DNA from: Lama guanicoe
Taxonomy: Eukaryota
DNA length: 64,000 bases
NCBI GenBank assembly: GCA_013239625.1
Contig: MU053482.1
Location: forward strand, 4,973,775-5,037,774
Direction: 5' to 3'
Position numbers and translations under genes: made by a program
Shown here: positions 61,567-64,000 of the stretch, piece after piece
How the letters are laid out: each line of letters opens with the position of its first letter
Position numbering within the stretch: position 1 is the first letter of the stretch
Notes under the pieces: generated by a model
What the model saw: only the letters and a program-made list of their open reading frames with translations
What the model was told of the DNA's origin: nothing
Databases searched by the model: none

Positions 61567-61966
61567 CCACATCTTTATGCATTCATCTGTTGATGGACAT
61601 TTTGGTTGGTTCTATGTCTCGGCTATTGTAAATAGTGCTGCTGTGAACACTGGGGTGGATGTATCTTTTCAAATTAGAGTTTCGTCCAGTTACAGGCCCA
61701 GGAGTAGAATTGCTGGATCATATGGTAATGCTGTTTTTAGTTTTTTAAGGAACCTCCATACTGCTTTCCATAGTGGCTGCACCAATTTACGTTCCCACCA
61801 GCAATGTAGGACACACCCTCTCCAGCATTTATTATCTGTAGTCTTTTTGATGATGGCCATTCTGACCTGTGTGAGGTGATACCTCATTGTGGTTTTGATT
61901 TGCATTTCTCTGTTAGTTAGAGATATTGAGCATCTTTTCATGTGCCTATTGGCCATCTGTTGCCAA
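61010..61966 (-). mobile_element. 5'-truncated L1 with ORF2 C-terminal remnant, inserted into an older L1
   Basis: ORF 61690-61956(-) [52 protein letters not shown] is L1 ORF2. Imperfect TSD tga(c/a)tgga(c/t)attta at 60996-61009 and 61967-61980. Confidence 0.93.
61535..61563. repeat. (TG)n microsatellite inside L1
   Basis: Read directly. Confidence 0.9.
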
Positions 61967-61980
61967 TGAATGGATATTTA

Positions 61981-64000
61981 AACCAATTCAATTTTGGTCT
62001 TTATTAGTACTCTGTTAGAAACTTTGTTCACATTGCTTACTTTTTTTCTTTCTGCCTCTCTTTTCCCTTTGAGTTTTCCCTTGGGAATATATTTCCAAAG
62101 AAGAATTAAGGATCAAACATTTTATAGCTCTTGTTCCATGTCGTCAGACAGCCTGCAGAAATACTGGAGGAGTTTACGGAGCCCCCAGCAGTGGTTGAGC
62201 ATGCCTGTTTCCAACAGCTCTGCCAGTATCGTTCTATCACTGTCTCTTACGCTGTTCTTAAAGGTATACGGTTATTTTGATTCCTATTTCTTAAATTATT
62301 AGTGAGGTGGAACATTTTCCCATGTGTCGGTTTATCGTATACATTTCCAGGGGGCAAAGAGCAGGTACATAAAGTGCCTGGCCCGGGTTACTGCTGGTTA
62401 ACGTTCTTTCCCTCTCTCCCTCTTTCTTTTCCCTCGCTAGCCATTGGTCAGATAGGGTGTCATTACTGATGACAGTGTGTTTATATCACAATATAAGACT
62501 TCATTCCTATTTTGGATCGTAAATATCTATCCATTATATCTATTATAATTTAAAACTGTCTTTTGCTCCCTTTATATTTGTGTTGTTTTTATTAAAGAGA
62601 CTTTAAAATATTTGAATCCACCTTCCTCTTCCTTCTAATACTATTTAGCTTGTCAATAGTCATGAAGTCATCTCTGTTGCAGCTGGGATAAATATGCTTT
62701 AAAAAAATTCTCCCTGTGTTTAATTAGTTCACTGACCAATTTGGAAAATATTACCATATTTGGTAAGTTATGGATATAATCTACTTTTCTTCATATTGAT
62801 ACCAGATTGTCCCACCAGCATTTATTCCATGGTGATTCTGTCATCCATTATGGTGATTCTTAGTTCTGTTTTTTTGTTCGTTTGCTGTATCTTAGGGACT
62901 TTTATGTGCTTAAATTCATCTCTGGAATCACTATTTTATTAGAGTCTTTGTCCTGGCCTTGATCCAACAAAATTCAGTTTTGATGAAGATCACTTTATAA
63001 TATATCCTTAAATGTGAATATTACATCCTCCTCCAATCTTCTTTGGTATGATTGTGTATTTACTTATTAGTTTTTCCAGTGATTTGTCACATTCTGGGGC
63101 ATTCTAGCAGGAATTCAGTTGTTCTTATGTTCGTCTGTTTTTTGTTTTATGGGCGAATGATACTGATATTACCCTAAATTTTCCAAGTCAGGAGCAATGG
63201 CTCTAACTTTAGGTATTTCTTTATTTTTCTTCCCATTTTATAATTTTTACTTCATTAAGATAACTTATTTATCTAGATATGTAGAATCTTAAGTGTTCTA
63301 TTTTTTTCACTATTGGGACTAGAACCATTTTTTGTTGCTTTTTCTAGCTTTACATTTTTGGTACACACTTGGTGGATCTAGCATTTTCTATTTGCACTGT
63401 TATGTCATCTGCAAAAAAGTGATGTTTCTATTTCTGCCTTTCCTACACTTTATTCTCTATTTCTTTTTCATCTTGTCCTGCAGTCTTTTCTGCTGTTGCC
63501 TCCAATAGGCGCGCTGAGAGGAGCATCTTAGACTGCTGCCTGTGTTTGCAAAGTAAAGCCCCTGGGACTGCACTGTCCACTACAGTAGCTCCTAGCCGCT
63601 GGTGGCTGTTTAAATTCAAATAAACTCAAAATTAAGTAAGATTAAAAATTTGGTTTCTCAGTCGCATTAGCCACATTTAAGTGTGAGATAAACCATGTGT
63701 GACTAGTTGCTACTCTACTGGGCAGTGCAGGAAGACAGATTTCCATCGCTGCAGAAAGTGTGAATGGATAGCACCCATCTAGGATCTCCTCACTGGGAAT
63801 AATATTGAAACTCAGATTCAAATCTATCATCTTTTTAATTTTAAGGAATACATCCTCTCTTTAATGCTGAATGTTACTGATGGCCTTCTCAGCATCCACC
63901 AAAATAATTCTTACATTTAAAAGTAGATTTTTTTTCTGTCAAAGTGTTGAACCATCCTCATAATTTCCCCATGTAGTGCTAGTTCTGTGTTTGTAGGATA
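61981..64000 (-). mobile_element. Highly degraded old L1 (L1ME-like)
   Basis: T-rich with L1-like motifs (agtgaggtggaacattttcc; tgtcatctgcaaa; aatgttactgatgg...cagcatc). Confidence 0.55.
63568..63775 (-). mobile_element. MER3-like hAT-Charlie MITE
   Basis: ctgcactgtcca..cagtagc..ctagcc...cagtcgcattagccacattt...atttccatcgctgcagaaagt. Confidence 0.82.

Larger units (their letters stand above)
17520..64000 (+). other. PARVA: PARVA intron 1 (runs beyond the window)
   Basis: GTGAGT donor. The expected continuation (VSELQEEGMNAINLPL...) is not seen in the window; the region is repeat-rich. Confidence 0.85.

Noticed and set aside
61690..61956. Functional L1 ORF2
   Set aside because: Short 5'-truncated remnant with an internal deletion and no EN or RT domains.
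27707..62763. Isolated CArG matches at 27707, 38166, 49235, 62506 and 62754
   Set aside because: A handful are expected by chance in 64 kb; several lie in old L1 DNA and have no supporting motifs.
1..64000. CRISPR arrays, operons, rRNA/snRNA genes, processed pseudogenes, numts or a novel multi-gene system
   Set aside because: None recognised on either strand. The window is explained by two known mammalian genes, their introns/UTR and common repeats. A BLAST, Rfam or Dfam search could still reveal degraded elements I missed.

Overview
Mammalian genomic DNA, probably camelid (Camelus/Vicugna/Lama), inferred from four tRNA-Ala-derived SINEs resembling vic-1. On the + strand it holds the last two coding exons of MICAL2/MICALCL (C-terminal bMERB coiled-coil; 107-180 and 3431-3615) and a probable ~3 kb 3' UTR. 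About 10 kb of intergenic DNA follows, then the CpG-island promoter and first coding exon of PARVA (17384-17519). The remaining ~46 kb is PARVA intron 1; I did not find exon 2. Much of the non-coding DNA is interspersed repeat (L1, L2, CR1/L3, MIR, MaLR/ERVL LTRs, hAT MITEs). I found no previously undescribed biological system. The best leads are regulatory: an out-of-frame uORF overlapping the PARVA start, two CTCF-like motifs, several repeat-poor motif clusters, and small recent retrotransposition scars. Repeat subfamily names come from memory of consensus sequences, not a search, and most repeat boundaries are approximate.
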